A stretch of DNA of 64,000 bases from Azolla caroliniana (lineage: Eukaryota; Plantae; Polypodiophyta): positions 16,120,001 to 16,184,000 of the forward strand of contig JBHGNT010000012.1 in assembly GCA_043228905.1 (NCBI GenBank), in the 5' to 3' direction. Shown here piece after piece: positions 38,061 to 51,333 of the stretch. The first letter of the stretch is position 1; every line of letters starts with the position of its first letter. A program made the position numbers and the translations under genes. The notes under the pieces were generated by a model. That model saw nothing but the letters and a program-made list of their open reading frames with translations, did not search any database and was not told the origin of the DNA.

Positions 38061-38799
38061 ATGTTTTAGATAATCAATTAAAGACCACTACAACATCATT
38101 GACTTAATGAAAAAATGGCATATAAACTAAACACATGATTAGATGGGAGAAGAGAGAATAGAAAAAAAAAAATTACGGAAAGAGTTATCGAAGTTCTTTG
38201 TTGATCGTTGTCTGGATCAAGGCCGACCGCAAATCGATCGATCACCATCAATCAAAAGACAAAAGAAAAACAAAGAAACATTAGTACATAAATCTGATAC
38301 CAAATATTAGAGATCTAGGTACTAAAGTAAGCTTAAGATAAGGATAAACAAATGATAGATAGAAAGGAGAAAGAGAAAGAAGGGTGCCGATCCACCCGAC
38401 CACCCCCAAGCGAAGGGATCGAGACGGACTCGAGCCTCGATCGGCGTCCCATACCACCGTCGTGGCGTCAAGTCGTAGCTGGTGCTGGCGTGCTCGCTAC
38501 AAGAGTTGACCCACCACAAGAGCAGAGTCTCGATGTAGTAAAAAAGATGATGAAATGAGGGTAGCTAGGCCTCTGATTTATAGCGATACCCAAGGCCCCC
38601 AGGCAAGTTCACTCTTGACCTAATGGGTTGTCTCAATCCCGAGGATTAAAAGTAATCCTCCCCTTCTTTACACTCTCGTTTAACCCTCACACTTATCCAC
38701 GTGTATAGAATACTACGGTAAATTCTCACCACAGGATATTAAATGGTCATGCCCGTAACATATACCTCCCACCTGATGGGCATGTGACACAATGTACAT

Positions 38800-41230
38800 G
38801 ACAAGTGTGTAACGTAAGGTACTAAAGTAATGCCTATCAAGTAACAACAATGCTCCAACGCATCTTGTGGTAAGGCTTTGGTCAATGCATCTGCGGCATT
38901 TTCGTGAGAAACAACCTTCTCAAGGCTAATATAACCATTAGCTACGCATTCCTGAATGAAATGGTATCGCACTCCATTATGTTTGGTCTTCGCATGATAT
39001 ACCGGGTTCTTAGCCAAAGCAATGGCACTCTGACTATCCCAAAACAATTTAGGTACATGTTGCGGTATACCCATGTCACTAGCTAATTGAGACAACCAAA
39101 TTGCTTCCTTACATGCCTCACTGGCTGCAACATACATCCTCATATGGGTGAACATTTGTAGGACTGTTCGGCAAGGTGTGGAATTATTCTTTTGCACACT
39201 AATAGAGGGTGTAACATCTTGAAACGCCACTTTCCTCACTTCCACTTCCTTAGTTGGTTGCGTATGCATAATCTTTTCATTGAAAACGACATCACTACTT
39301 CTGACTATTGTGCACGTTTCAGAATCCCACAAACGATATCCAAATTGACCATCTACGCCATAGCCAAGGAAAATACATTTTATGCTCTTAAAATCTAGTT
39401 TTTGCCTTAACTGTTTTGGAATGTGAACATACGCTTCACATCCAAATACCCTAAGATGATCATAGTTTGGGGTTTTTCCTGTCCACAACTCTTGCGCCAC
39501 TCTCAAGCCTTTGGCAGTACTAGGTGATACATTTATCACATAGAGTGTTGTCCGAACTGCTTTAGCCCAAAAACATTGCGGCATATTTGCATGATGCAAG
39601 ATAGAAACAACTTTGTCCTGGATGGTTCTATTCATCCTTTTTGCCACACCATTTTGTACTGGAGTGTAAGGGGCAGTAAACTCTCTATGTATGCCTCTAG
39701 ACTCACAAAAATCTCTGAACTCATGAGAGGTATACACCTCCATTATCAGAGCGTAAAGCCTTAAGCTTTATACCCTTTTTGGTCTCAACCAAGGCAAGCC
39801 ATTTTCTAAAAGTAGAGTATACATCGCCCTTTCGTTTTATGGGATACACCCACACCTTTCTTGTGGCATCATCGATAAATGTAAAAAAATACACCCACTT
39901 TGTTCCCTTTGGCAATAACCATATTTCCTTTCGTAATACGAAAGGACTGGGAAGCAAATTTCACTTTAAAGCCAATGTTATCAAGTTGTCCAACAGACAT
40001 TAAGCTACGAGTCAGCTCAAGCACATGGCATACATTTTGTACGGTAAATTGAGAGCCATCAGAAAATTGTACCATGACATCACCAATGCCAATCACATCA
40101 CATTGATGTGAATCTCCAAGTCATATTGTACCAAGTGGTTTAGCTTCATATTGTGTGAACCACTCTCTATGTGGAGTCACATGAAATGAAGCATCAAAGT
40201 CTAACAACCATGTATGACCAAGCACATGAGCAATATTAACCTCAGTATAGGTAGCATCATCTTCCATGACCAAGATGTCAACACCATCATCGCATACGAC
40301 ATTTATCTCCTCTATCTTCATTGAAGATGATGAACCCGTCAACTGTTTAACATGCCCATCACCATGAGTTTTACCCTTTTCTCTTTCTTTGTTCTTCAAG
40401 GTATAACAACCTTTCTTGATATGACCCTTCTTGTGGCAATAATGGCATTCCACAAGTCTCTTCCTAGACTTAGTTCTGCTCTTGTGATGATTTCCACGAC
40501 TATTTTTGGTATGGCTTCTACCACGTTGTTGGTTCTTGCCATGGCCAGAATCTCGAATATTATATGCCTCTCCAACTTGTGAGAAAACCATAGATTTCCT
40601 ATGTATTTCTTCACCCAATATAGATCCACTTATGTCATTATACACCAATTTCCTTTTTGGTACACTAGCGCTAATAGCGGTGCAAAATGTGTCCCATGAG
40701 CTAGGCAATGTGTATAGCAAAAATACAGCTTTCAGCTCATCATCCATGGTCATTTTTTGAGCTTGCAACTGCGACCCTAATGCATCAAACTTATTTAAAT
40801 GAGACTCAACACTAACTGTATCCTTCATACGAAGGTCATATAGCTTCCTCATCAAATACACCACGTTAGCTGCAATTTCCTTCTCATAGGTATTGCATAG
40901 CTTTTTCCAAGGTTCTTTAGAGTTTTTGCCATCTAAAAAAATAAAGTAGAAACTATCTGCCAAGTGCAATCTTATAGTGGACATGGTCAAGGCATCAAGG
41001 TCCGTCCAATCATCATCATCCATGTCATCCGGCTTCTTCGTTTTGCCGCCTAGGGGCCTCATTTGCTTTCTTTGAACCAATACATCACGCATCTAATTCT
41101 TCCACAAAGCAAAATTAGATCCATCAAATTTCCAGATCTCGATATGATCTTTTCCCAAAAAAGACTAGTTCTTACTTGAACTATTGTGAGCAACAGAAGG
41201 GCTACTAGATGCATCCAACATTTCAGACTC
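38800..41230 (-). pseudogene. Copia G gag-protease-integrase // RNase H (RT deleted)
   Basis: CHYCHKKGHIKKGC; WLLDFDASFHVT; FIDDATRKVW; the integrase C-terminus is joined directly to YVAASEACKEAIW. Confidence 0.9.
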
Positions 41231-41444
41231 CATGGGAGTGAATGACAGTATCAGGAAAAAAAATAAGATTGGGCAACAAAAACTAGTAACTCACTAGCTT
41301 ATGGCAAACTGTCAAAAATTGGTCCCAATAATGTGTGCAACATGCACCACTGAAAGCATACAACTTCCAAAATATTAGCTGCAAATTGTCCAAAAAAGAC
41401 TAATGCCACTCTTCCATATAACATGCACCACCAAAATGTCAATG

Positions 41445-41640
41445 ATGTTGACTAGCATACACCTCCCAAATCACAAATTGTAGGCATCTGCTTTGCTATA
41501 CATTCACACTGACCCCAATCTCTCTTCCAAATGTGACAACAATATTGACTAGCATACTTCTCCCAAATCACAAACTGTAGGCATCTGCTCTGCCATACAT
41601 TCACACTGACCCGAAATCTCTCTTCCAAATGTGACAAGGG
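41445..41640. repeat. Two-copy ~97-bp tandem duplication in the Copia G leader
   Basis: TTGACTAGCATAC..CCCAAATCACAAA..CTTCCAAATGTGACAA occurs twice. Confidence 0.85.
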
Positions 41641-42633
41641 GTCTCTCCCACCACATCTTATTTCCACCAAAAAATGTTTCTCTTATGATGGATAAACGGA
41701 GAGTTTAACCGAGAGAAATACCTTTGAATAGCAAGCTCCTTTGTTCAATGTCGAAGATGCTGGAGATGCCCAACAATAGGTAGATGCTTCAGTCGAGCCC
41801 GATACTCCAACGCTCACCACACGAATCTCCTATGCCGCTGCTACGAGTCTTGGACGCTCGTTGTGTCCACTCCAAAGCTTCCTATCGTTGTCTCCCAAGC
41901 TCTAATATCATTGATGTAAGTCGATAGAGCAGAAAACCAAGAGGGAATTGTTCTGATCTACTCCGAATCGTGATGCAAGGACAACAAGGATGAAGAAGGA
42001 GCGGTGCTCCTTCTTAGTTGTAGTGTGCACGGCAGGAACAAGGGGCGAGCAACAGAGGGATTCAATAGACAACTCTCTATGCAGTAGGAGGGTGGAGGTT
42101 ACATCAGAGAGGAATGTTGAGAGACAAGCTCAACATTGGGTGCGTAAACGGGTGCGTAACCCAGTGCGTAGACTAGGTGCGTAAAACCGTATGCACAATA
42201 TGGTCATGGCGGTGTGTAAACCGAGAGGCTATTAGAACGTTATTCCTCGTAAGGAATAATTTTGGGAGTAAGTGTAGGATGCTCATTCATGAGCGGTCAA
42301 GTACTTTAAGTACTTGTGTCAGACCAATAGTCAGGGCTTGTATAAAAGGTGCTCACTGAGCACGAAGTGTATACAAAGAACATACAGAGAATTATTTTTG
42401 AATATAGTTTCGTTTCTGCTCTCTCTCTCTCTCTCCTTCTCTGTGATTTTTGCGTTTTACCGAACTGTCGTACTTCTGAACTGTGTACTTTGTGTCTTTC
42501 TCATACGCTTCCGCACACGTATTCTTTTACATGGTATTAGAGCGTGAGGGATGAGACTCCTCCACAGCCGACAGAAAAGTTTGCGATAAAGATAGAGTTA
42601 AGTTATTGTTTTCGGAAAGGATAAGACAACAAT

Positions 42634-45130
42634 ATGGACAGAAGAATGGGAAGCTCGCTACCGACTTAGAAGCTTGACAGGAGCAACTATGCATTTTGGT
42701 CGTACGAGATGCACTAGTACCTGCTTGGTCATGGTTACTGGAGTTATGTCGAAGGAGCTAATGATACAACACTTGAATCGACACACAGAGACTTTTCGGC
42801 TTGCGAACAAGCGGCAAGCAAAGTTCTTTACTGCTTCGCGTCTTGTGTGAGTGACCAACTCTTGAGCTACATTCGGGATGCTAAGACGCCAAAGGACGCG
42901 TGGGCGAATCTCAAGGGAATTAACGACCAAGAAGTTGCAGCTCAGGCAGGAGCTCAGCAATGTTCGACAAAAAGATCTGTCTGTGACCGATTACATGGCC
43001 CGAATCAAGGAGATTTGCGACTCTCTTGCCTTTGTCAACGTGAACATCGAGGAGGACGAAATGGTACAGGTTTGCCTTGGAGGGTTAGCGTCAAAGTTCG
43101 GAGCATTCCGAACGCCAGTCTGCACAAGGGAGAATATGCCTTCATTCTTCGAGCTTCACTAGATGTTGCTCGTGGAGGAAAATCATGCGGGTGCGTCGAC
43201 GAGTACGCACGCCGACGGCAGGATGTTGTACACAGAGGAAGATATGCCCTATGGTCATGGTGGCTGAGGAAAATAGGCGGTAAATGGAGGCAGCCGAAAA
43301 GAGTAGAACGTGCGGCATAATCGAAATTTCGGTAGCAATTCCGAACCCTCCGGAAGCAGGGGGAGTCATAGTGGCGCCGGAAGCCGGCAAGAGAAGGTCA
43401 CGACGGATTGCTGGTACTGTAGTAGAAAAGGCCACACAGAGAGTGAGTGCTGGAAGAATAGAACCGATTCGGACAAAGCCGGATCAATCGGGAGAGACGC
43501 GGGAAGGCGTCAGAAATCGCACTACACCGAGGGCTCCGAACGAGCCAGAAATGGATCGGGCTCAGCCTTCGTAATGAAGCACGAGGCCAATTCGATGGCC
43601 ATGAACACCTCGAAATCGAGTGAGGTGTGGTATGTTGATTCCGGAGCATCGAATCATATGACGAGTCACAAGGAATGGTTCTCGTACTTGGAGAAACCGG
43701 AAAAGCAAGGAGTGGTCGAAACTGGAGACAACACTCTGCATACCATCGAACATGTCAACGAAGTTCCCCTCAGCCACGTCAGGCAAAAAGGGAAACTCAT
43801 GAACGTATTGCACATCTCGACAATAACCAAGAACTTGGTGTCGGTTAGTCAGATCGTCGACCAGGGGATGCAAGTTCGGTGCTCGCACCTCGGGTGCTAC
43901 ATCGAAGAGGAAGGCCAAGTTATTGCGCAAGGGCGCCATCAAGGGAGGATGTTCATCCTCAACACCAATCAAGCCAGAACCGTGTTATTCGCGAAAGGAC
44001 AGAAGGTCGAGTCGGACATCGACCTGTGGCACAAGCGGTTCGGCCATGTTAACTTCCCACGGCTTCGTGAAATGCAAACGAAGAATATTGTTTTCGGATT
44101 GCCGAAATTTTGGGGCCATAATGGCCAAGTCTACGAAGCCTGCCAACTCGAGAAGCAGCATCGACTTCCATTCCCCAATGAGGGTAATCGTATTCGAAAT
44201 CCGTTGAATTTGATCCATTCGGATATGTGGGGAATGGAACAGAATGTGAGTTTCGGCTGTATCCGTTACTTTGTAACCTTCATCGATGACTTCACTCAGC
44301 ATACCTAGGCATGTATGATCGCGAAGAAGAGCGAATTCTTCGCATGTTTCCTGAAGGTAAAGCACTTTGCAAAAAGGGAAACATGGCGTAAGATCGAGTG
44401 CCTATGGTCCGATGGTGGGAAGGAGTACTTCTCCAACCAGTTCACGAGTTATCTACAGAAGGAGGGAATTCGGCGCGAATTCTCATGTAGATATACGCCG
44501 GAGCAGAACGGCATAGCCGAATGGAAGAATCGGACAATCGAAGAAGCTGCCAGGGCAATGCTTGAAGAGAAGCATATGCCGAAGTTTTATTGGGCTGAAG
44601 CCGTGAGGACGACTGTTTATTTGCAGAATCAGACTTCTACTAATGGAGGAGTGTCGCCACATGAGTTGTATTTCGGGAAGAAGCCGAACCTGGCACATTT
44701 GAGGATTTTCAACAACATTGCGTATGTGCACGTGCCGAAGGAGAAGAGGAGGAAGTTGGACACCAAAGCCGAGAAGTGTATCTTGGATGGCTATTCAAAC
44801 GAACAAAAGGGGTATAAGTGCTATAACCCTCGAACAAAGGAAGTTCGCATAAGCCGAGATGTCGTGTTTGACGAGTCCACTTCATGGTATTTGCCTTCAC
44901 CTCCAATACCTCATGACTCCATTCCGAATTGTGAAGAAGAGATTAGCGAGGCCAAGCTGCCTCCGCACGATGAGGAAATCAGAGCTCTGACAGACAGTCC
45001 AATCTCATTTCGGCTAAGCGGGCCGAATGAGGGGTTAGGCCGAGATGGCCAACCAAATGAAGAGCTGGTGAGTAGTGGAGACTCGGCTGTGTTGTCCCCA
45101 CGTAAATAACCGAGGAGATGGTTTACGCGT
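42634..45130 (+). pseudogene. Copia D gag-protease-integrase, disrupted
   Basis: CWYCSRKGHTESEC; WYVDSGASNHMT; LWHKRFGH; YTPEQNGIAE; KAEKCILDGYS. Confidence 0.93.
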
Positions 45131-45974
45131 TGTCGTGCCTTTTGGCGTCGGATCATTGCGTGAGTCAGATCGGAACCGCTATGGTTTTGGACTAGGAAGA
45201 GGAGAGTTTTAAGTCTAATAAGAATATAAATAGATTATAAGAAAGAGATATAGAAAACTTGTGAATCCCACAAGTATAATGAATTTTATTAATCAATATA
45301 TAGATAAGAATATGAATTTGGATTGAACGAGAAAAATATAGAAACCTCGTGAATCCCACGAGTATAGTTTATTTCGTGAATCCCACGAATATAATTTATT
45401 AATTGATGTTTTTTATAAAATATATCCAATTTCCAAAGTTTTCACACACTTATTACATTGTGCTCCCCATCCTTATATAGTGATGAGAGAGTCTTAGCAA
45501 TCCATGCTTTTTCTCTAACTATAGACTATATGCTTTCTCTAACATGTTTCTTCTAAAAGTGATCATGCTTTTTCTAACTGGGTTTTTATCGACTATAGTG
45601 TTTATGCACGCTAGATGTGCATGTGTAGCTTTTTTTTATCATTTGTTTTTCTTCTAAATAAAGCTTTTTTCCTAGAAAATATGTGTGGAAAAAACCTTTC
45701 TATGTGGGATATCTGCTTTTCTAACACTTATGATGTGTTAGTGTAATGGTAAGGCTTTACATTATTAACATGGAGGTACAACGTTTGAACCTTGCCCTAT
45801 GCTTGTAATATATAATTTGATATTTCTTTCTTTTTCTTCATATTTATTCAATCAATTATTTTATACGTTTTTCACGTACTGTACGAAACACACTACAACA
45901 CTCGCCCCTCCGAACCCGCACATCCTCCGGTATTTGCCGGAATTGCCGGTGCTCGTAATTCTCCTTATAATCCT

Positions 45975-48430
45975 TAAGGTTGGATATCAATGCTTTAAGA
46001 GACATGTGGGTGGGCATAAGGTGTGTAGTTTTCCATGTAATTCTTGGTTCGACGATGAATATAAGATGTATCTCAAATGGTTTAAGTCCATAGAAGGGGG
46101 GAATGAAAAGATTGTTGCATGGCACATATACAAGAAAGTAGTGAGGAGAAAGAAAAGAAGATATTTCCAAATGCAAGAGATGAAAAAGAAAAACTTTTTT
46201 AAGCTCAAACCAAAATTAGCATGGGGACAACTCAAGTGTAAGAAAGAAGATGTGAATGGTCACTTTACAAATGAAGAGATGCTAGACTATGTACAAAGGT
46301 TATATATGCATGAAGGTGTGGCTCCTATAGTTGAGAAAATTGAAACTCCATGCACTACATGTATCGATATTGATGATGTCAATAAGAGAATAAAGAAGAT
46401 GGCAAGTGGGAAAGCAACACATTCAACCTACGTCTCAAGTGAGCTTTTAAAATGGAAAAGGCCACACACTCGTCATTGGATAGTGACAATTTTAGAGCAA
46501 GCTATAAAACAAGGATTTCTAAATGATTGGCTTATGAATTGGATTAAACCAATATTTAAAGGCGGAGAAAGTAGCAAATTATCGTACAGTAATGGTGAGC
46601 TCAACTATTGCTAAATTATATAGTACTATTATGGAACAAAAGATAAGCACATGGGCTGAGAGTACAAGCAAAAGAGCACTTGGGCAAGCTGGATTTAGAC
46701 CAAAACACTCCACCATGGATCATTTGGTCACATTAAGAGTAATCATGGAAGAGAGTCAACTACAAGGAAAAACACTTTACTATTGTTTTGTTGATTTCAA
46801 GAAAGCTTTTGATATCGTACCACGAAGTGAGATTTGGAATAGAATGGTAGACATTGACATGCCATTAGAGTACCAAGTTGTGGTTGCACGCCTATATGAA
46901 CAAGTTAAATGCCAACTAAAAATGGATAATGGATTCTCAAAGAGCTTTTTAAGTAACATGGGGGTCAAGCAAGGATGTTCACTATCACCCACACTCTTTG
47001 GCTTATGTATTGATAAATTAGAAGAAGTGGTGAATAAGGTTGCAAGAAAAGAAGGATTGAATGACCCCAATTTGATGCAACATGTTATCTTATTGCTTCT
47101 ATATGTAGATGATGTGGTACTCTTCTCATATGATGTTGATAGTATGCAACATTTACTTGGGGTATTAGAAGAATTTTGCCATAGTAGTGGACTAGTAGTG
47201 AATGTGGAGAAAACAAAAATGATGTTAGTGGAAACCATCCAACCTCATCATTACCCTATGCTCACATATAAAGGTGAACATATACAATTTGTTCAAAGCT
47301 TTAAATACCTTGGTATTGATGTACCTGCCACAAATAAATGGAGTGCATGCTTTGATTCTAGACTCCAAGCCGGTTGGAAATCATATTACCTTTTGGTGAA
47401 CCAATGCAACCAAGGTGATACTTGTGGATGGGAAGTAAAATTAATGTTGTTCAATGCCATGGTAACTCAAGTATTGCTTTATGGAGTAGAAGTATGGGGT
47501 GGCACCATCTCTCTTAATGCATGGAACGAGATTAAGAAAATTCAAAAGATGTTTTTAAGGAGGCAATTAGGAGTTAAATGCACTACCTCTTACCAAGTTA
47601 TGCTCTTGGAAATGGGTGTTCAACCCATAGAACTATTAGCACTCCAAAGAGTATATAAATACATTACAAAAGTCAAGAATATGTCGAATCATCGATTACC
47701 ACATCTTTCTTGGAATGTTGGATGTAAGCTACAAAAGAATCATAAAAGTAAGATTCTCTCATCTGGTTGGGTTGTTGACATAAAGAAATGGTTTAGAAGA
47801 TGGGGTGTGGATGATCTTTTAGAGCTTTGACGCAATGCTATGCAATATGTAATGATTGAGGAAAGGTTGGTGGAATCATTAAGGATGAAGTGGGAGGATG
47901 CTAAGAGGACAAAGCTAGAATACTACATTGCAAATGTCAACCCTGAATGTTGGTCTCAATATAAAGCAAGAATGTCTATTGATCGTATCCAACCTTATCT
48001 CATTACCAATATGAGTAGCAATGCTTGTAGAGCCCTTACACTACTTCGCACTCAATCTCACAAGTTAGGTATTGAAGTTGCATCATGGTATCAAAATGTA
48101 ACGAATTTGAAGACATGTAAAGTATGCAATGAAGGCATGGTGGAGGATGAATGTCACTTGCTCTTCACATGCTCGACATATAGTGCAATTCGTTCAAGAT
48201 ATGTTGACATACTAAGAGGGAGTGATAACTTAAGATCCATACTTAAGACACCACCTAGAAGGTTGAGCTCATATGTGTATGCTTTATTAATACATAGAGA
48301 CTTTGTGCTTCAACATATGAATACCCCTTCTTAGGAAGGAGACATATATCAAGAACACATGTATACTCTGGTCCCATAGGTCAAATTTGGCCTCTTTATG
48401 GACGATAAAATTTCTAATTCTAATTCTAAT
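45975..48430 (+). mobile_element. 5'-truncated LINE (RTEX/RTE-like) with (TTCTAA)n tail
   Basis: Non-LTR RT ORF, C-terminal Cys/His motif and short-repeat tail at 48412-48430. The 5' boundary is approximate and no TSD was found. Confidence 0.8.
46592..48334 (+). pseudogene. LINE ORF2 reverse transcriptase and C-terminal zinc motif (one internal stop)
   Basis: QAGFRPKHSTMDH; FVDFKKAFD; GVKQGCSLSPTLF; LLYVDDVVL; FKYLG; CKVCNEGMVEDECHLLFTC. Confidence 0.92.
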
Positions 48431-49187
48431 ACCCTCTGTTTCTCTGTCGTAATGTAATTTGTACACTACATGAAATATGTAAAAAATATATCCGATTTAA
48501 GTACGCATAAATAAATAAAAGAAAATATTTAAAATATTGTTACATGCATAGGGGAGGATTCAAACCCTACACTTCCATGTAAACAAACCCAAACTTTACC
48601 ATTGTACTAACTTATCATAAGTGATCTAAACATAGATTTAATAGGTATAAGAGTTATATTTATGCCTATTTTTACAAAAAAAAAAGTAAATCATGCACTT
48701 TTAGAGTGCGTGAAAACTTATTTGGAAGAAAAACGCAAGCCAATTATTCATGCACATCTAGTGTGCTCATATGTGCATGAGCACTATATTTAGGAAATAA
48801 AAAAGCATGGTTGAAAAAGGCAACTCATGCACATCTAGTGTGCATGAACACTTTAGGAAAAAGCATGATGTTATGCTTAGCCTCTTCCATCACTATATAA
48901 GGAAGAGAGAAAAGATGTATATGGTTGTTGATTTTTTATAAGGGTTGATTGATATAAAATATTCGTGGAATTCACGATTTTGCCATCTATTTCTCTCTTA
49001 CAATCTAAGTATCAATTAATACACTATACTCGTGGGATTCACGAGTTTCATAACTTCATCTTGCAATCTATTCATAACAAACCTTATCTCATATTGTTCT
49101 TTCTCCTAGTCTAAAACCTCATCTAGTCTAAAACCTCAGTGGTTCCCACCCAACTCACACAACGAGCCGGGCCTGAAAGGCATGACA

Positions 49188-50323
49188 GCGTAAAGAAAAA
49201 GGGAAGAAGAAAATGTCGGAATACGATTTCTGCAGTGCCCAGTTAGATCAGAGCGAATATGACTTTGGGCCACTCGAGAAGGAACCTCCGCGGAAGAGGT
49301 CGAAATCGACCGAAAAGGTCGTAAAATCGGGTAATCACAAATTACACCGATCTACCCGCCTAAAGAACCCCGTAAAAAGATACAGGTACAATGAATGCAT
49401 GGTGCACCATTACGCGTACATGACATGAGTGGCGGAAGTGTGTGAGCTGGAGAGCTACGCAGAAGTGGCGAAAGACGCAAACTGGCGTGCCACAATGGAG
49501 GAAGAGATGTTAAGCACTATAGGACAACGAGACTTGGGCCTTGGTTGACGCACCTAAAGTTGTTGAGCCGATCGGATGCATATGGGTGTTTAAGGTGAAA
49601 TACAACATCGACGGCTCGGTCAACCAATATAAGGCCCGGTTGGTTGTGAAAGGCTATGCACCGAAGCACGGCGTAGATTACATCGAGACATTCGTACTAG
49701 TCGCGAAAATGACTACCATGCAAGTTCTGCTAGCCGTAGTTGCGGCGAAGGGGTGGCATCTACATCAGATGGATGTAAAGAATGTTTTCCCGCAAGGTGA
49801 TCTTGAACAGGTGTACATGGTACAGCCCGCCGGATTTCTATCCGAACATAACACTTCGGCAGTTTGCTGATTGAAGAAGGCGTTATACAAACCCTAAACC
49901 CTTGGAACGCAAAGATTACGCAACAATTGCATAGAAAGGGGTTTACGACATCCAGATGAGACTCTTCGTTGTTCGTTCAGCAAGGTCGACATGGACCTGT
50001 TTGTCATCACCGAAGCCGACCTAGAAGAAATCGGCCATGTGAAGTCTCAGCTTGCGGCATCATTCAAAATGAAGGATCTTGGAGACATTCATTACTTCCT
50101 CGAGATTGAAGTGATACGCACCTCCGAAGGCATATTGATCAACCAGCATCACTACACGTTGAATATGCTCTTTAAGTTCGGGATGGCATATTCTAAGCCC
50201 ATCTGGATAGAAACGTAAAGCTTCGCCGAGATTCGGGAAAGGCATGCGACCCGACATGGTTCTGACAGATCGTCGGAAGCCTAATCTACTTGGCGATCAT
50301 TCGGCCGGATCTCAGTTACCCAG
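49188..50323 (+). pseudogene. Copia D reverse transcriptase, disrupted
   Basis: WVFKVKYNIDGSVNQYKARLVVKGY; HQMDVKNVF; MKDLGDIHYFL. Confidence 0.92.
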
Positions 50324-51333
50324 TGCCGCAAAGTTTCGCGTTCGCGTGTAGGAAGAGGTAGGACCACGGGGGTCTTGGACCAAGGAGAGTGAGAGAGAGA
50401 GAGAGAGAGAGAGTTGCAGATACACAGAAAGAGATTAAGAGCAAGAAAACAGGAATCCGATTACTATAATCAATAGCTTACAACTCGAACAGTTACAACT
50501 GGCAACCCGGTAATGGACCTGACACGGGGTCCTACTCACGCACACCGACGACAGCCACACGACTCGAATTAAAAAAAGGGGAAGGGGAGAGAGAGAGAGA
50601 GAGCCTCTACTGGAAGCACACAGGTTGTCCACAAAGCAGAGGCAGCGAACTCCCGACACCCACAGAGAACAATGATCGGAGGAGAGAGAGCTCGGCACTT
50701 GGTTCTACAGCAGCACTTCGTCCTCGCCAACGCGCGATACCCTCTCCTCCTTCTCTCCCTCCTTAAATAGTTCACAAAGGGGGGACCGTTCTTCCCTAGT
50801 CAAATCGCTTTATTCCCTGTCCCTTTCGACAGAAATACGCACCAATCCTCTAATAAATATGTACTACCTAGTATTTACATCAGCCGACCTAATTATGAAT
50901 TATGTCCACAATATCAATTCTCGCGTCCACCTATGTGAAAGCCGGTTCATGCACCTTTTTCTCTGATTCCGCCTATGGCCGGTTTTCTTCACGACATCCA
51001 CCCCCACCAAACCGTGCATCCACCGGCATGCGCCAGAGACGGGTAGATACCGAAGAAAACTGGCTTCACTAGTCGCTCTCAGATTCTTCGTCGGGCCTGA
51101 ACTGATCGTCATCGTCGCTCTCGCTCGCCAGCTCCGGCTCGTCTTCGAACCGCTTCTTGAACGCTTTGATCCGCTTCCCGGCCATTGGCACCACTAACCG
51201 TGTCCCATCGAGTTCCGCGAGGTGGTACGTGTCGTTGTCGTTCGCGCTCGTCACCGTGTAGGGCCCGAACCATCTCCTCGCGAACTTTCGCACCGCCTTG
51301 TGTTGATTGTCGAGGCTGCTGGCGTATACCAAG

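Larger units (their letters stand above)
33903..38760 (-). mobile_element. Element K: Ty3/gypsy chromovirus with the integrase core deleted
   Basis: LTRs at 33903-34358 and 38305-38760; TSD TATAC; minus-strand PBS TGGTATCAGA at 38293-38302; PPT at 34359-34370. Confidence 0.93.
45131..49187. mobile_element. Non-autonomous foldback-type DNA element with ~0.7-kb imperfect TIRs, TGT...ACA ends and 4-bp TSD (Ginger-like signature)
   Basis: TSD GCGT (45127-45130 / 49188-49191). Inverted matches at the ends, at CTCGTGAATCCCACGAGTATA, CCTTATATAGTGATG and CTAGATGTGCATG, and at 45725-45810 vs 48538-48625. Confidence 0.8.
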
